Origin: Octopus vulgaris
Taxonomy: Eukaryota
Reading direction: 5' to 3'
Assembly (NCBI GenBank): GCA_951406725.2
Contig: OX597834.1
Location: forward strand, 11,222,001-11,286,000
DNA length: 64,000 bases
The stretch's first letter is position 1. Each line of letters opens with the position of its first letter. Shown here in pieces: positions 26,243-39,825 of this stretch. A model generated the notes under the pieces. It worked only from the letters and a program-made list of their open reading frames with translations, was not told where the DNA came from and ran no database searches. A program made the translations under genes and the position numbers.

Positions 26243-26418
26243 TATGAAATAAAATATAAAGTAACAACATGGAGAACGTTGGAATTATTCCAGTTCATTG
26301 CTTTACAACATAACCGTACTACCCAACAAACCTGTGTTAATACTCAATATTATGATACACTGCATTTCACTTAAAATTCATACATTATCACAAGGTTGTC
26401 ACACCATTATAATTTATG

Positions 26419-26830
26419 AAAGGCAACGCCAGCAAGCATTTGTGACCCCCTTCGGTCATGAATGACCATGGGATTGCACCTAGAAAGTTACTCTCCGAGA
26501 CACAAGTCCGGGGCCCACGCATACCAGCCTCATCTCTCCACGCCACCGATGTTATCCAAGGGAAAGGCAAAGAGGCCGATACAGCTTGGCACCAGTGACG
26601 TCGCAGCTCATTTATTAACGTGCAAGTGGCTGAGCGCTCCACAGACACGTATGTCCTTAACGTAGTTCTCGGGGAGATTCAGCGAGACACAGAGTGTGAC
26701 AAGGGTAGCCCATTGAAATACAGGTACAACAGAAACAGGAAGAACGAGTGAGAGAAAGTTGTGGTGAAAGAGTACAGCAGGGTTCACCACCACGCCCTGC
26801 CAGAGCCACGTGGAGCTTTAGGTGTTTTCG
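26419..26830 (-). mobile_element. Headless SINE family C body fused to a different 3' module (tail type iv)
   Basis: 26612-26830 matches the 20226 copy; 26419-26611 is an unrelated GC-rich module. Confidence 0.8.
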
Positions 26831-26965
26831 GCAGTTTTTCACTGGCTAAGACCAGCCTCATATTGCCCAACAATACAAACTCTTTGAAAATCTGACAGTT
26901 TTACCGAATTTTTTGTGCGTGGCATGGTTGCTTTTCGCAAATATTTAATATAATGGCACGTGGAA

Positions 26966-27375
26966 TCTCTCTTATCTCTTTTATCTTTTACTTGTTTCAG
27001 TCATTTGACTGCGGCTATGTTGGAGCACCGCCTTTAGTCGAGCAAATCGACCCCAGGTCTTCTTCTTTGTTGGGCCGACCAATGCCTTGTGAGTGGATTT
27101 GGTAGACGGAAACTGAAAGAAGCCTGTCGTATATATGTATATATATATATATGTATGTGTGTATGTTTGTGTGTCTGTGTTTGTTCCCCTAGCATTGCTT
27201 GACAACCGATGCTGGTGTGTTTACGTCCCCGTCACTTAGCGGTTCGGCAAAAGAGACCGATAGAATAAGTACTGGGATTAGAAAGAATAAGTCCCAGGGT
27301 CGATTTGCTCGACTAAAGGCGGTGCTCCAGCGTGGCCGCAGTCAAATGACTGAAACAAGTAAAAGAGTAAAAGAA
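26966..27375. mobile_element. Two SINE-A 3' fragments joined head-to-head (inverted)
   Basis: Minus-strand tail 26966-27070 abuts a plus-strand headless copy 27072-27375. Confidence 0.88.
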
Positions 27376-27863
27376 TAAATCACAACATCTACGACAGTAA
27401 AAATTTGAATTAGCTTCCTTTTAAACTACCAGTTTTAAAGTAGAGTTTAAGAATCTTTACTCTGCAATATATGGCTATACAACATAAATACTCAAGAGAT
27501 GCCTACCAAAGAAAGTATAAATCGATTGCCTCTCAAATGTACAACAAATGTGTAGTATACTTACCGTAGCATTATCTAACTTCAACACAGTTTTCATACA
27601 CTTCAAAATAAATACACACATTTCTATCACACTTTTCCTTCTCAATCCAGACACAATTTACACAAATTTTCTGACGCTAACAAGGAAATATTTCCAAATA
27701 CCACCTGCCAAATCTTGAGAGATTTTGTTATTTTTGTCTGGAACAATAGAAGAAATTATTCATAACTAACCATCAGACATAAAATCATAAGCATAAAACA
27801 TACACAAAATAAAATAAATACATAATAATTCTATCATTATATACATACAACTAACTATATCAT

Positions 27864-28382
<519 letters not shown>

Positions 28383-28929
28383 TTAGCCACATTGTATTAT
28401 TTGAATCGGCAAACAAGGAGTATGAAACAGACAACTCTTTATAAATATGTTTTTCAGTGATTTTCCGATGAACAACGCTGCAGTTTCTGCCTACCAAATT
28501 CAGTCACATGCTTGTGGTTGACCCAGGGCTAGAGCAGAAAGCACGTGCTCAGTGTACCATCAAGAGTGACTGAACGTGGAATCATGTGGTTGGGAAGCAA
28601 ACTTCTCAACCACACAGTCGTACTTGCACTCAATATGTGTGTGTGTGTTAAATTTGTTGCTAAATCGAGTATTGTGTCCGTATATGTTAGCAATTCATCA
28701 AGCAAAGATCTATAAAATAAATGCCAGATTCAAATACATATCGAGGTCAGTAGGATTAATCAAAGTTTTGAAGGTGATGCCCTACCATGGCGACAGTCGA
28801 AATACTAAAAACTTAATGACTTCAAATTTAAGGTAATTGATTCCTAACCACAGCGTAATGAGTTCAAAACTCCGTATTGAACCTCCACTCTATAGGCTAA
28901 AGCTATATGTATATATTTTGTTAGTTTGT

Positions 28930-29230
28930 TTGTTCCTTGTCGAGCCATGCCTGGCTCATAAGGGCCGGTTTCCCGGTTTCTTGGCGTATAGGTTCCCCAC
29001 CTGGACGGGACGCCGGTCCGTCGTAGGTGAGCTGCAAGATGCAGCAGGAAAGAGTGAGAGAAAGTTGTGGCGAAAGAGTCAGCAAAAGTTTCGCCATTAC
29101 CTTCTGCCGGAGCCGCGTGGAGCTTATGTGTTTCCGCTCATAAACACACACATCACCCGGTCTGAGATTCGAACCCGCGCTCTCTCGACCGCAAGTCCGC
29201 TGCTCTAACCACTAGCCCATGTGCCTCCAC
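28930..29230 (-). mobile_element. SINE family C (tail type iii)
   Basis: tRNA head GGAGGCACATGGGCTAGTGG...GGTTCGAATC; tail ...GAAACCGGGAAACCGGCCCTTATGAGCCAGGCATGGCTCGACAAGGAAC. Confidence 0.9.
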
Positions 29231-30341
29231 TATATGTGTATATCAGTCTACTTGTCTTTCAACAATTATAAGCTGTAATTTGAAGTTGAATGGTTACCAG
29301 TAATACAGATGTCCAGATTTCTTTTTAAAATACTGAGAAAAATCAGTTTTCACCACAACAAAACACACAGGCACACACAGCCACACACATATACATAGGT
29401 GTCCCTGTGGTAACTTGAGCTACTACAAATAGTAGCCAAATCACTCTTAAAGTGCATCCTTTCATCAAAAGAAAGACATATTTACAGTATTTCAGGAAGG
29501 TAATAAAAAAAAAACTAGGCGATGAGTCTGCTATATCTGAGGCGAATCTGTGTGTACATGTGTACGGCAGTAAGCAAGTTATGGAATTTTTCATAACGGT
29601 ATATCATTGACAGTTAAAATAAACGGGACACATTTATTTCTAGCTTTCATGTTTTCTTGTCTTTCAGCAAGACAAGAAAACATCGTAAGTATACAAACAA
29701 CAGCATCAACAGTAGCAACAATATTAAGAAGAACAATCATAACAGTTATATAAAAAATGATAACGTTTTTCACTATAGACACAAAGCCTAAAATATGGGC
29801 AGGGCGTGATTTAGTTGACCCCTTTACTCAACTGCTAATTAGTTCTTAGTTTATCGACCCCGAAAGAATAAAAGGCAAAGTAGACTTCTGTGGCACTTGA
29901 AATAAGAACGCAAAGAGCTTATGTGCATGCAATGAAATCTAACATTTGCTCGGCTAAAAATCCCAGTAGACCGGATTCGATATAATAAGTACCATACAAA
30001 CACCACCGAAATTGCTGTCCTTGCGCCAAAATTTGCGATCACCATGATCAGAAAGGTGCACAGGCAAAAAAGTTCTACGATCAAAATGAAACACCATCAC
30101 TAAGGACGCAAGTCTAATTAATCATAGTAAAATCTTTTCTTACGAATAGATGTTAACTCTTGCTCACCGCCACGCTATGCAACCCTGCTATCTAAACAAG
30201 CAAGCACATTAAAAACAGCGTCAGTCTCAGAACACCACCGTACATATATTTTAACAGTTATAAATAGACGACTATGTGGAGTTTGAATCACTTAATATCA
30301 TTACTACGGGCTCGATCGGGGCTGACCCTCTGTTTAAACAA

Positions 30342-30615
30342 CCGTCTGGGTATTAGCGCGCGTCTACGATGAGTCTACGATTTTAAAAATAATTTACCAT
30401 CATTCTTTTCCATTTTAATGCATTTTTTCGCTATTATATAAGGGAAGTAACTCTCTAAAAATGTCTACGATGAAGATACGATTTTTAAAAACATTCACCA
30501 TCATTTTTTTTGCATTTTTAATGCATTCTTTGCTATTATTTGGCTATAACTCTCTAAAAATGCTTATATAGTTATTTCCCTTACAAACCCGAGCAACGCC
30601 GGGCGATACCGCTAG
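30342..30615 (+). mobile_element. Helitron 3' fragment with internal tandem duplication
   Basis: Matches the 25731 family; ends CCCGAGCAACGCCGGGCGATACCGCTAG|T. Confidence 0.85.
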
Positions 30616-30999
30616 TAAATTATATAAGTTTTAAACATTATAAGTCATCTGTTCCAGATAACAGTTTTCCGGTTTATTGACTAAACTGTTCGTATAAAGG
30701 TTGACGAAGCAGAAAAATATCAAAGCATTAGCAACTGAAACACTAAACTTTTCTACCTTCCGATGCACACAGATAATGATGAACAGAAAATTCAATATCT
30801 TAATAGGTAGAGGGAATATACGAATATATATATATATATACATAAATACATATACGTGCGTGCCTGTATGCGCCTCTGTGTGTGTCTCTGTGTGCGTGAG
30901 TGTACATATAGCTGTATATATTTACGTATGTATATGTGCATGCAACCATAATTACGTATATACACACGCTAACTTAAAGTCATACATACACAGAAATAC

Positions 31000-31035
<36 letters not shown>

Positions 31036-31117
31036 GTTTATGTATTTATGTATATGTATGTGTGTATACTACATACGTAAGTATGAGATTTGTGTCACTT
31101 TTCTTCACTCTCTCTCT

Positions 31118-31120
<3 letters not shown>

Positions 31121-31161
<41 letters not shown>

Positions 31162-31192
31162 ATACATATATACATATATATACATAGATACG

Positions 31193-31224
<32 letters not shown>

Positions 31225-31251
31225 CATATATACATATATATACATAGATAC

Positions 31252-31285
<34 letters not shown>

Positions 31286-31312
31286 CATACATATATACAT
31301 ATATATACATAG

Positions 31313-31349
<37 letters not shown>

Positions 31350-31381
31350 CATATATACATATATATACATAGATACATATA

Positions 31382-31413
<32 letters not shown>

Positions 31414-31679
31414 CATATATACACATAGATACATATATATATATATATATACATAATACATACATATACATACATACATACATATATATATATATAAATA
31501 CATATATACATATATATACATAGATACATATATATATATATATATATATACATATATACATAGATACATATATATACATATACATATATATATATACATA
31601 GATACATATATATACATAGATACATATATATATATATATATATACATACATACATATATACATATATATACATAGATAC

Positions 31680-31713
<34 letters not shown>

Positions 31714-32448
31714 TATATATACATAGATACATATATATATATATATATATACATACATATATACATATATATACATAGATACATATATATACATATATAT
31801 ATATATACATATATATATACATATATATACATAGATACATATATATACATAGATACATATATATACATAGATACATATATATACATATATATATATATAT
31901 ATACATACATTATATATATATATATATATATACATAGATACATATACATACATATAGATATATATATATACATAGATACATATACATACATATAGATACA
32001 TATACATACATATATATATATATACATACATATATATATATATACATACATTATATATATATATATATATACATAGATACATATACATACATATATATAT
32101 ATATACATACATTATATATATATATATATACATAGATATATATATATACATAGATACATATATATATATACATAGATACATATACATACATATATATATA
32201 TATACATACATTATATATATATATATATACATAGATATATATATATACATAGATACATATATATACATACATAGATATATATATATATATACATAGATAC
32301 ATATATATACATACATATATATATATATATACATACATTATATATATATATATACACACACATATATATACATACATATATATATATTTATACCTACACA
32401 CACACACATATACATATATATACACAAATATATATTTATGCATATATA

Positions 32449-32490
<42 letters not shown>
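31121..32490. repeat. 1.4-kb compound (TA)n array punctuated by ACATAGATACAT / ACATACAT motifs
   Basis: Directly visible; source of the 286-404 aa YI-repeat ORFs. Confidence 0.95.
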
Positions 32491-32493
<3 letters not shown>

Positions 32494-33264
32494 AACGTAT
32501 TACATATATACAATACAGACATGCATATATATATATATATATTTGAGAGAGACAGAGAGAGTGAGGCAGAGAATATCAAATGCAAGATGACGCAGCACTT
32601 ACGTGTCATTGTAAGTCCAATATATATGATATTTTCACACTCAGCATACTAACAAAAATATTAAAAAAGATACATGTATATTTAACTTACTTCGAATGTA
32701 ATACTTTTGTCGTCATACGTCAAAATATTTTGTCGGACCAAGGAATTATATAACTGACCGAGGTGTTTTACAAAATTATATCATAGTTCCCGTGTCTTTG
32801 ATTCGCAAGGTGTTTGTAAAGTTACTATTTATATGCTAAGCTTTCTCGCATGTGACAAGTCTTAAATAAGAATCACGGCATTAATGGACAGTGGTGAAGG
32901 GCAATTCAAGTGTAACAAGATTCCGTGGATACAGCTTCTTAAAATCATGGAAACAATATTAGATTTATGCGATTTGTAACTGGAGAACATGCAACTCTTT
33001 TATGACAAGAAGATAAATGCTTAACTCCATTACCTCCGGCTCTTTGCGTTCTTATTTCAAGTGCCACAAAAGTCGACTTTGCCTTTTATTCTTTCGGGGT
33101 CGATAAACTAAGAACTAATTAGCAGTTGAGTAAAGGGGTCAACTAAATCACGCCCTGCCCATATTTTAGGCTTTGTGTCTATAATGAAAAGCGTTATCAT
33201 TTTTGATGTAGCTGTTATGTTTGTTCTTCTTAATATTGTTGCTACTGTTGCTGTTGTTGTTGTA

Positions 33265-34210
33265 GTTATTATTATTTAGTGAGAGAGCAGTGCATGCCAT
33301 CAAAGTGACACTGGGGTAAAATATACAAAGGCAAGTATACCCATCATGACTACCCTTCTGATAAGGGTACACCAGGCACATGCATCACAAACATATGTGC
33401 GCGACATGGTGATCTCATAACAAGATAAATAGCACATGAGCTTGCGAGTGGGGCCCAGTTAGAATTTTCTTCTGGTTGGGTAACCCATCCCACTCAAAAG
33501 GTCCATGATTAAGGGTTGTTTAAGGATGTTGAATGAAACACCCATGTTTCCAGAGGTGAATCATTCAAACCTCAAAGAATCCCTCTCAAGACATGCCTAT
33601 GATGTCCCCTCCCCACTACTTCTACTCTTGATCAGAGATGTACATATCGTCAGCCATTAAGGGACACGCTCACCTGGTTAAGGTTAAACAACTGAGAAAC
33701 AAATCTGTGGTATTGAGCAGAATATTTGCTGAAGACCATCTTTTATACCAAGACAAAACAAAGTACATGATAACACTTCCAATCAGTTAAGATCAGAAGC
33801 CATGAGAGCCACTGCCTGGTACTGCATCATGGCATTTATTATTATTATTATTATTATTACTATTATTCAGTAGTTTTATTTTTATTACGAGGTTTGACTT
33901 CACTACCGAGCGCAGCTCTGTGTGCCTTGGCTATGTGCTGTGGTTTGTTGTAATGCTCTTATGGTTACTGTATTGAAATTGTGTTGCGTAGGATGTGTGC
34001 AGTGCCCAGTAGTGCAATTTTCTGCATAGTATATATATATATATATTTAAGTCCTGGTGTTTTTGTAATGTATTTGTCTGAATATTTTTTTATCATACCT
34101 AATGTGCCCACTATGATAGGAATTGTTTCTGTTTTTAGATTACTCATTCGAGTTACCTCTATTTCCAGGTCTTTGTATTTGGAAACTTTCTTTTGCACCT
34201 CCATTTCGAT
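33265..34210 (-). mobile_element. RLE-type (R4/Dong-like) non-LTR retrotransposon 3' fragment with (TAA)n tracts
   Basis: EVQKKVSKYKDLEIEVTRMSNLKTETIPIIVGTLGMIK...QKIALLGTAHILR* (33965-34204), the C-terminal part of the restriction-like endonuclease. Followed by a UTR, (TAA)n, a further ~560 bp and a second (TAA)n. Confidence 0.85.
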
Positions 34211-34583
34211 AGAAAACTGCTGTGACTGAGTAACTAGGAAACCTTACATGCTTACCTGTTGATTGTAGACCTTACCATTTTAACGAGTACATTGTCAACT
34301 ATACTGTGCCCTATTTGCAGTAACATGTTATAGATTAAGCTGTTTTCGTTTTTTTTTTTTTATTGGGGGTGAAAATTTTACCGACATTTCTTTTTACTTA
34401 ACTCAAACATCCTTTATTGTAACGTACTATACCATTACATATTTTATATCTGCCACGTACATTATTTTGATGCTTTGTTCAAATATCTTTTTATGGTAGA
34501 AGCGTGATAGTATAAGAATATTTTCGTGAACAGAATTTTCTTCAGTTTTTTTAACCTCTAGAATTTGTTGTATTATATTGATT

Positions 34584-34999
34584 AGATCTTTTCGGTTTGA
34601 ACGGCAGATTTTAACATAATTTCTAGGTAACTAAAAAAATATAAACTTCGTATACTGGTAGAATGTGTTTATAAAACATCTTTTTCTCTTGGCTTTATTG
34701 AGAAAATTCTATAGTTTGTAAGATATTTGTCGTTGTTTTTGCTTCAATTTCTTCAATTTCAACCAATCACTGACGTCCATTGAGGTAAACAACATTCTGT
34801 GCCGTATGAATATGTCCCTCGTTTAAGAAACAGATTGGGTTTATTTACATTTGTGAAGAAAAAATACACCCTTCCCCACACCCCTAACCCTATCCCTAAA
34901 ATATATTGAAATGCAATAGATCTATACTAGGGTTATAATTATGGGTGACAATTTCATATGACACAGCTAGAAAAACTGCCGTTCAAACCGAAAAGATCC
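34584..34999. mobile_element. MITE, GGATC-TIR family
   Basis: TIRs; perfect 8-bp TSD TATTGATT (34576-34583 / 35000-35007). Confidence 0.92.
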
Positions 35000-35748
35000 T
35001 ATTGATTTTATAAGAACGCCATTTCTTTCTGCATTTTTCTTTATTCGTTTCACACAGATTTTCATGTTTTAATTTCAACTGAATAAATATTTTCAATATT
35101 ATTGTTAATGGTTTTGCACAATTGAAAACCGTTTCGTTTGTTGCTGTTGTTCTTGCAGATGTTGATGATATTAATACGGCTACCCCTCAGTCCAGCTTAG
35201 GATATTTACATATCAGGACCAGTAATTTATTCCAAAGACTTATCAATATTTACAAATAGTATTAATCCCGTTACTAGTGTCATGTTTCGTGATATGGCTG
35301 TGTATTCCCAAAACGGGGTCATATCGTTATCTATTCAGAATTTATAAAATAAATGCATATGAATAATCATTTCCGATCTGTTCCTATCTCGTCTAACCTC
35401 ATACGTACACTTGTAATAGAATACATACATACATGCTCACACACATGCATGTGCACACAAGCAAGCATAAAAACATCAATATATGTATGCATATGCATAT
35501 ATGTGCATATACACACATGGTCTGAAACATTCATATACAGACACACACAAATACGCATCCAACTTTTTATTTATTTGTCGATCTTTCGTGTATCTAATCG
35601 TCTATATATTTCTAGATACGGAGGCAAATATCCTAGCCGCCATCGCTGACTGAGTTGCGTGATTCGATCTCTTATTCGGGATAAATATAATAGTATTAGC
35701 GCAATAGCGCAACTTAGTTGATCGATTTTTAAAAAGTTAAATTTACGT

Positions 35749-36526
35749 CTTTGAATCTGCCCAGGGTTATATATCTTCGGTATTTTCCATTGAGGAAGGC
35801 GAAGGGGCGAGAAACGGTCGTCTAGGATAGATGGAAGCGCTGAACAGATATGGTGTTTTTACACCTTTCCCTTTAAATGAGATTTTTTTCTCTCCACGGT
35901 AACTGCATTAAAATAATGTCAAAAAATATTATAATTCATCTTAAGTTCGTTTATTACATATTATTGCTTGGCGTTGATGTTGTCATATTTATCCCGATCA
36001 AGAGGACCAAAAGCGCAAAGCAGCCACTGATATTGACTGATGTTTTGTTAAATCTGCGGCTTTGAATCTGCCCAGGGTTATATATCTTCGGTATTTTCCA
36101 TTGAAGAAGGCGAAAGGGCGAGAAACCGATAGATGGACGCGCTAAGCAGATATGGTGATTTTACATGAGAATTTTTGTCTCCACGGTAACTGCATTGTAT
36201 TTACCTCTAGAATTACAAAAAAATGTCAAAAAATATTGTAACTCAACTTAATTTCGTTTATTACATATTGCTTGGCGTTGATGTTGTTATATAAATCCCG
36301 ATCAAGAGGACCAGAAGCGCAAATCAACCACTGATATTGACTGATTTTTTTGTTAAATCTGCGGCTTTGAATCTGCCCAGGGTTATCTCTCTTCAGTATC
36401 TGCCATTGAGGTAGGTTAAAGAGTAAGAAATGACCATCTGGGAATTTGATAGGGGCAAGCACTGCATAAAATGTGTTGTTTTTACACCTTTTACCATAAG
36501 AGAGTTTTTCTCAAAGGTAACTGCAG
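35749..36526. repeat. Tandem repeat, ~305-311 bp unit, ~2.5 copies
   Basis: CTTTGAATCTGCCCAGGGTTAT starts at 35749, 36060 and 36365. Confidence 0.9.
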
Positions 36527-36593
36527 GGAAGTTGACTTTAGGAGTTAAAATATCACGCAAATATATTTTAACCTAAAGTACATATATAGTCGC

Positions 36594-36920
36594 AGGCGGT
36601 ATATGTGTGGTAAGAAGCTTGATTCCCAACCACATCGTTTCGGCTTCAATCCCACAGCGTGGCACCGTGGGCAACTGTCTTCTACTATAGATTCGGGCCA
36701 GCCAAAGCGTTGTGAGTGGATTTGGTAGAGGGAAACTAAAAGAAGCCCAATATATATATATATATATATATATAATTATATATAATATATATATATATAT
36801 ATTATATAATTATATATAATTTTATATTAAATATATCATATTGCGTGAAATTTGATTTAGTATTTCTAAATTGAATTTTTTCCTTGTAAGTTTTGGATTT
36901 TATTCCCTCAAATATTAATA

Positions 36921-36952
<32 letters not shown>

Positions 36953-37165
36953 CTGTGCAAGTCCCTTTTCCACCATGATTGCTTAACAACCAGTATTGGT
37001 GTGTTTAAGTCCCTCTGTAACTTAGCGGTTCAGCAAAAGTTAGCGACAGAATAAATATTACGTTTAAAAATAAGTCGTGGCTGTTGAATTATTCGACAAA
37101 AAACACTTCAAGTTGGTGCTCCAGCATGGCCGCAGTCAAAACAACTGAAACAACTAAAAGAATAA
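36594..37165 (+). mobile_element. SINE family A, diverged, with an insertion in its internal (TA)n
   Basis: Head and tail recognisable; an extra ~85-bp island (36836-36920) lies inside the microsatellite. Confidence 0.8.
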
Positions 37166-37861
37166 AATAATACATATCAGGTGTAGAGTTTATGTGTATC
37201 TGTGCACGTGTGTGTATTTGTGTGTGTGTTTGTGCGTGTGTCAGTGAGATATATGAGCGAAGCATAGCATAGAACAAAACTGACCGCATAATGTATTTGT
37301 GTAAAGCATGCGAAAGCTTGCGTTGACACGAGGTTAATGTAAAATTAAGAGGCGATAGATGCCAGGCAAAGCGATTGAAACATATACTAGTGCTTGTGTA
37401 CGAAGCTTTTCAACCATTTGTCCTAGCAACGCATATTCATTTATAATTAATTACGTTCATACAGACATATATTTAAATACACTGATGATATTAAGAACCT
37501 TTCACGCACATGAAATATTGAACGTTCAATTTTAAAGGAATTATAATTTCAATTAAAATTTCTCCTCATGCCTTAAATTAGAAATTAATTATTTATAGCA
37601 GTGATACTTAATTAATTGATTTTCAGTATAGTAAATTTAATACTAAATTTCAAATTCAGTTGAAATTAAATATTCTGCATTTCAAATATGTAAAAGTTTA
37701 CTCGCACCGAATATGAGTGAATATGGATGCGTATGTGTGTGTGTGTCTGCATAAGTGTGTGCGCGTACGTGTACTATATATATATACACATACATATAAG
37801 TATATTTATACACATGCATAAATGCATATATATATACACATACATATACGTATATATATAT

Positions 37862-38128
37862 ACTCTTACGCTTTTACTCTTTTACTTGTTTCAGTCATTT
37901 GACTGCGGCCATGCTGGAGCGCCGCCTTTAGTCGAGCAAATCGACCCCGGGATTTATTCTTTGTAAGCCCAGTTCTCATTCTATCGGTCTCTTTTGCCGA
38001 ACCGCTAAGTGACGGGGACATAAACACACCAGCATCGGTTGTCAAGCGATGCTAGAGGGACAAACACAGACATAAAAACACACACACATATATATATACA
38101 TATATACGACAGGCTTCTTTCAGTTTCC

Positions 38129-38132
<4 letters not shown>
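37862..38132 (-). mobile_element. SINE family A, 5'-truncated
   Basis: Tail and middle match family A. Confidence 0.88.
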
Positions 38133-38170
<38 letters not shown>

Positions 38171-38204
38171 TTTATTTAAAAGCAGCAGAAAATACAACAA
38201 AACC

Positions 38205-38240
38205 TGTTACTCTGAGTTTCACGTTCCCGTTCGTCGGACA
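38205..38240 (-). ncRNA. Type-I minimal hammerhead motif, U4C variant
   Basis: tgt-CCGACGA-acg-ggaa-cgt-GAAA-ctc-a-gag-TA-aca. All three stems Watson-Crick paired, GUA site. Lies in island 38170-38340 flanked by (TA)n on both sides. Confidence 0.72.
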
Positions 38241-38336
38241 TATTTTGCTAGAATAGAACCGATATGCCAATTACTCTATCCCTGGTATTTGAGTACTCTT
38301 TTTTCCACCTTGTTTCACATTTATGTGTTTACACCG

Positions 38337-38390
<54 letters not shown>

Positions 38391-39825
38391 CAAAGGAATT
38401 CCAACTCTGTATGTTTGTTATGTTTTATTTATATTCTTTATAATATTAATGTAGAATATAGAATATATAGTATAAATAGTATATATAGTAAAATGAAACG
38501 AAGTATTGATTGTCTTACTGAATAGATGAAATATTGAACATAAAATATTAAGGGACTAGTATACTTCCTTGCATTAAAGCAGTCTTCAAGGTCCTAGGTT
38601 GTGACAGGAGTGTTTCAGCTATATTCATATATATATGACACTCGTCCATATATATATACACGATCGTTTCACGCTACATCATTTTATTAAACATTGTAAG
38701 TATTACAACAGTTTTAAAATGTTGAGCAATCATCAGCCATTTATTTTGATTATAATCACCCCATGGGTTTATATGGATAACACCATACGTGTATATACAC
38801 AAGTAAAATACATTAAAACATTAAAATAATGGAGAATTATATATCCGCGCCGTTTTTACTCTTAGGTTGTTTTATACAGTATATTCGGAGTAAACCTCTG
38901 TCCTACATATTCTTCTGTTAATTAGATATCGTGTTATGTGTGCTTTATTAAATAATCCCAAGTTATTCCATTTCATTCGATGCGGTTAACCACAACCTGG
39001 ATCATATTATAGTGCTTGAAATATACCAGCCTGGATCTAATATCCGTATTCAGCCACTGCTGTGTATATGTATTCATATACATATGTATGCATGTGTGCG
39101 TGTGTGTGTATTTAAAATATTTATGTATATTTGTACGTTTGTAAATGCTTGTATATATTCTTGTTTATATATAGAATAAGTGTTAGTGATAGAAGCGTAC
39201 TTGAGTAATCTAGTGTACAAGGGGAAATAACCCAAATTAAATCCCATCTCAACCTCTTGAATATAGGTAATATGGCAAATAGCAATCATACTGAATGTAA
39301 TGATATAAAACAGAACAATAATGTCTTGCAAACAACTTGCACATGCAAGTGCTACCAGTTAAAAGCTCCGTATATCGGAAGCTAGCAAGTGTATGGGGTC
39401 ATCAGGAGAGAATGCGCGCCGTTTCGGGGCCTACCTCTCGACGGCATCAATGCGCACCGCCCCCCCTCACTGATATGAGGCCCCGCTTGCTAGATCAGCT
39501 GGTTATGAATAACTCAATATACTTCTAGCCATTGCTCAACGTCTCTTTTTAACCAAATCCAGTGGCTAGCCTTCTCCACTGTAGATTGGATATCAGTCAT
39601 GGTGGTATTGACTTTACGATGAGTTAGGCCTAACGATAACAACAGTCGTCTCCAAATAAATATTTTCCTATATCGTATATTGAGCTTGATAATTTTCCCA
39701 GTTTCTCCACTGTAGAGCCTGTCATTTTATAAAGAGCCCGACAAACCTTGTTTTCAAACTCTTTATATTTCACTTTCTCATTAGCAGCAGGCCACAAAAT
39801 AATACGAGTAGTTATGAAAATATAT

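Larger units (their letters stand above)
29696..33261. repeat. Inverted duplication of ~222 bp (29696-29918 vs 33039-33261)
   Basis: Arms are near-identical reverse complements and include both a decayed SINE-B piece and non-SINE flank. Confidence 0.88.

Noticed and set aside
10676-27600. Other minus-strand GTAAG donor sites with short open frames (~10676-10709, ~27565-27600)
   Set aside because: Weak acceptors and no recognisable peptide; consistent with chance.
31046-32443. Longest ORFs (286-404 aa) and similar YI/HT/CV ORFs throughout
   Set aside because: Stop-free translations of TA/CA microsatellites in several frames and on both strands; no coding signal.
39395-39432. Possible type-II hammerhead on the minus strand (GAAAC...CTGATGA)
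   Set aside because: Stem II arms would be CCCC and CCCC, which cannot pair.
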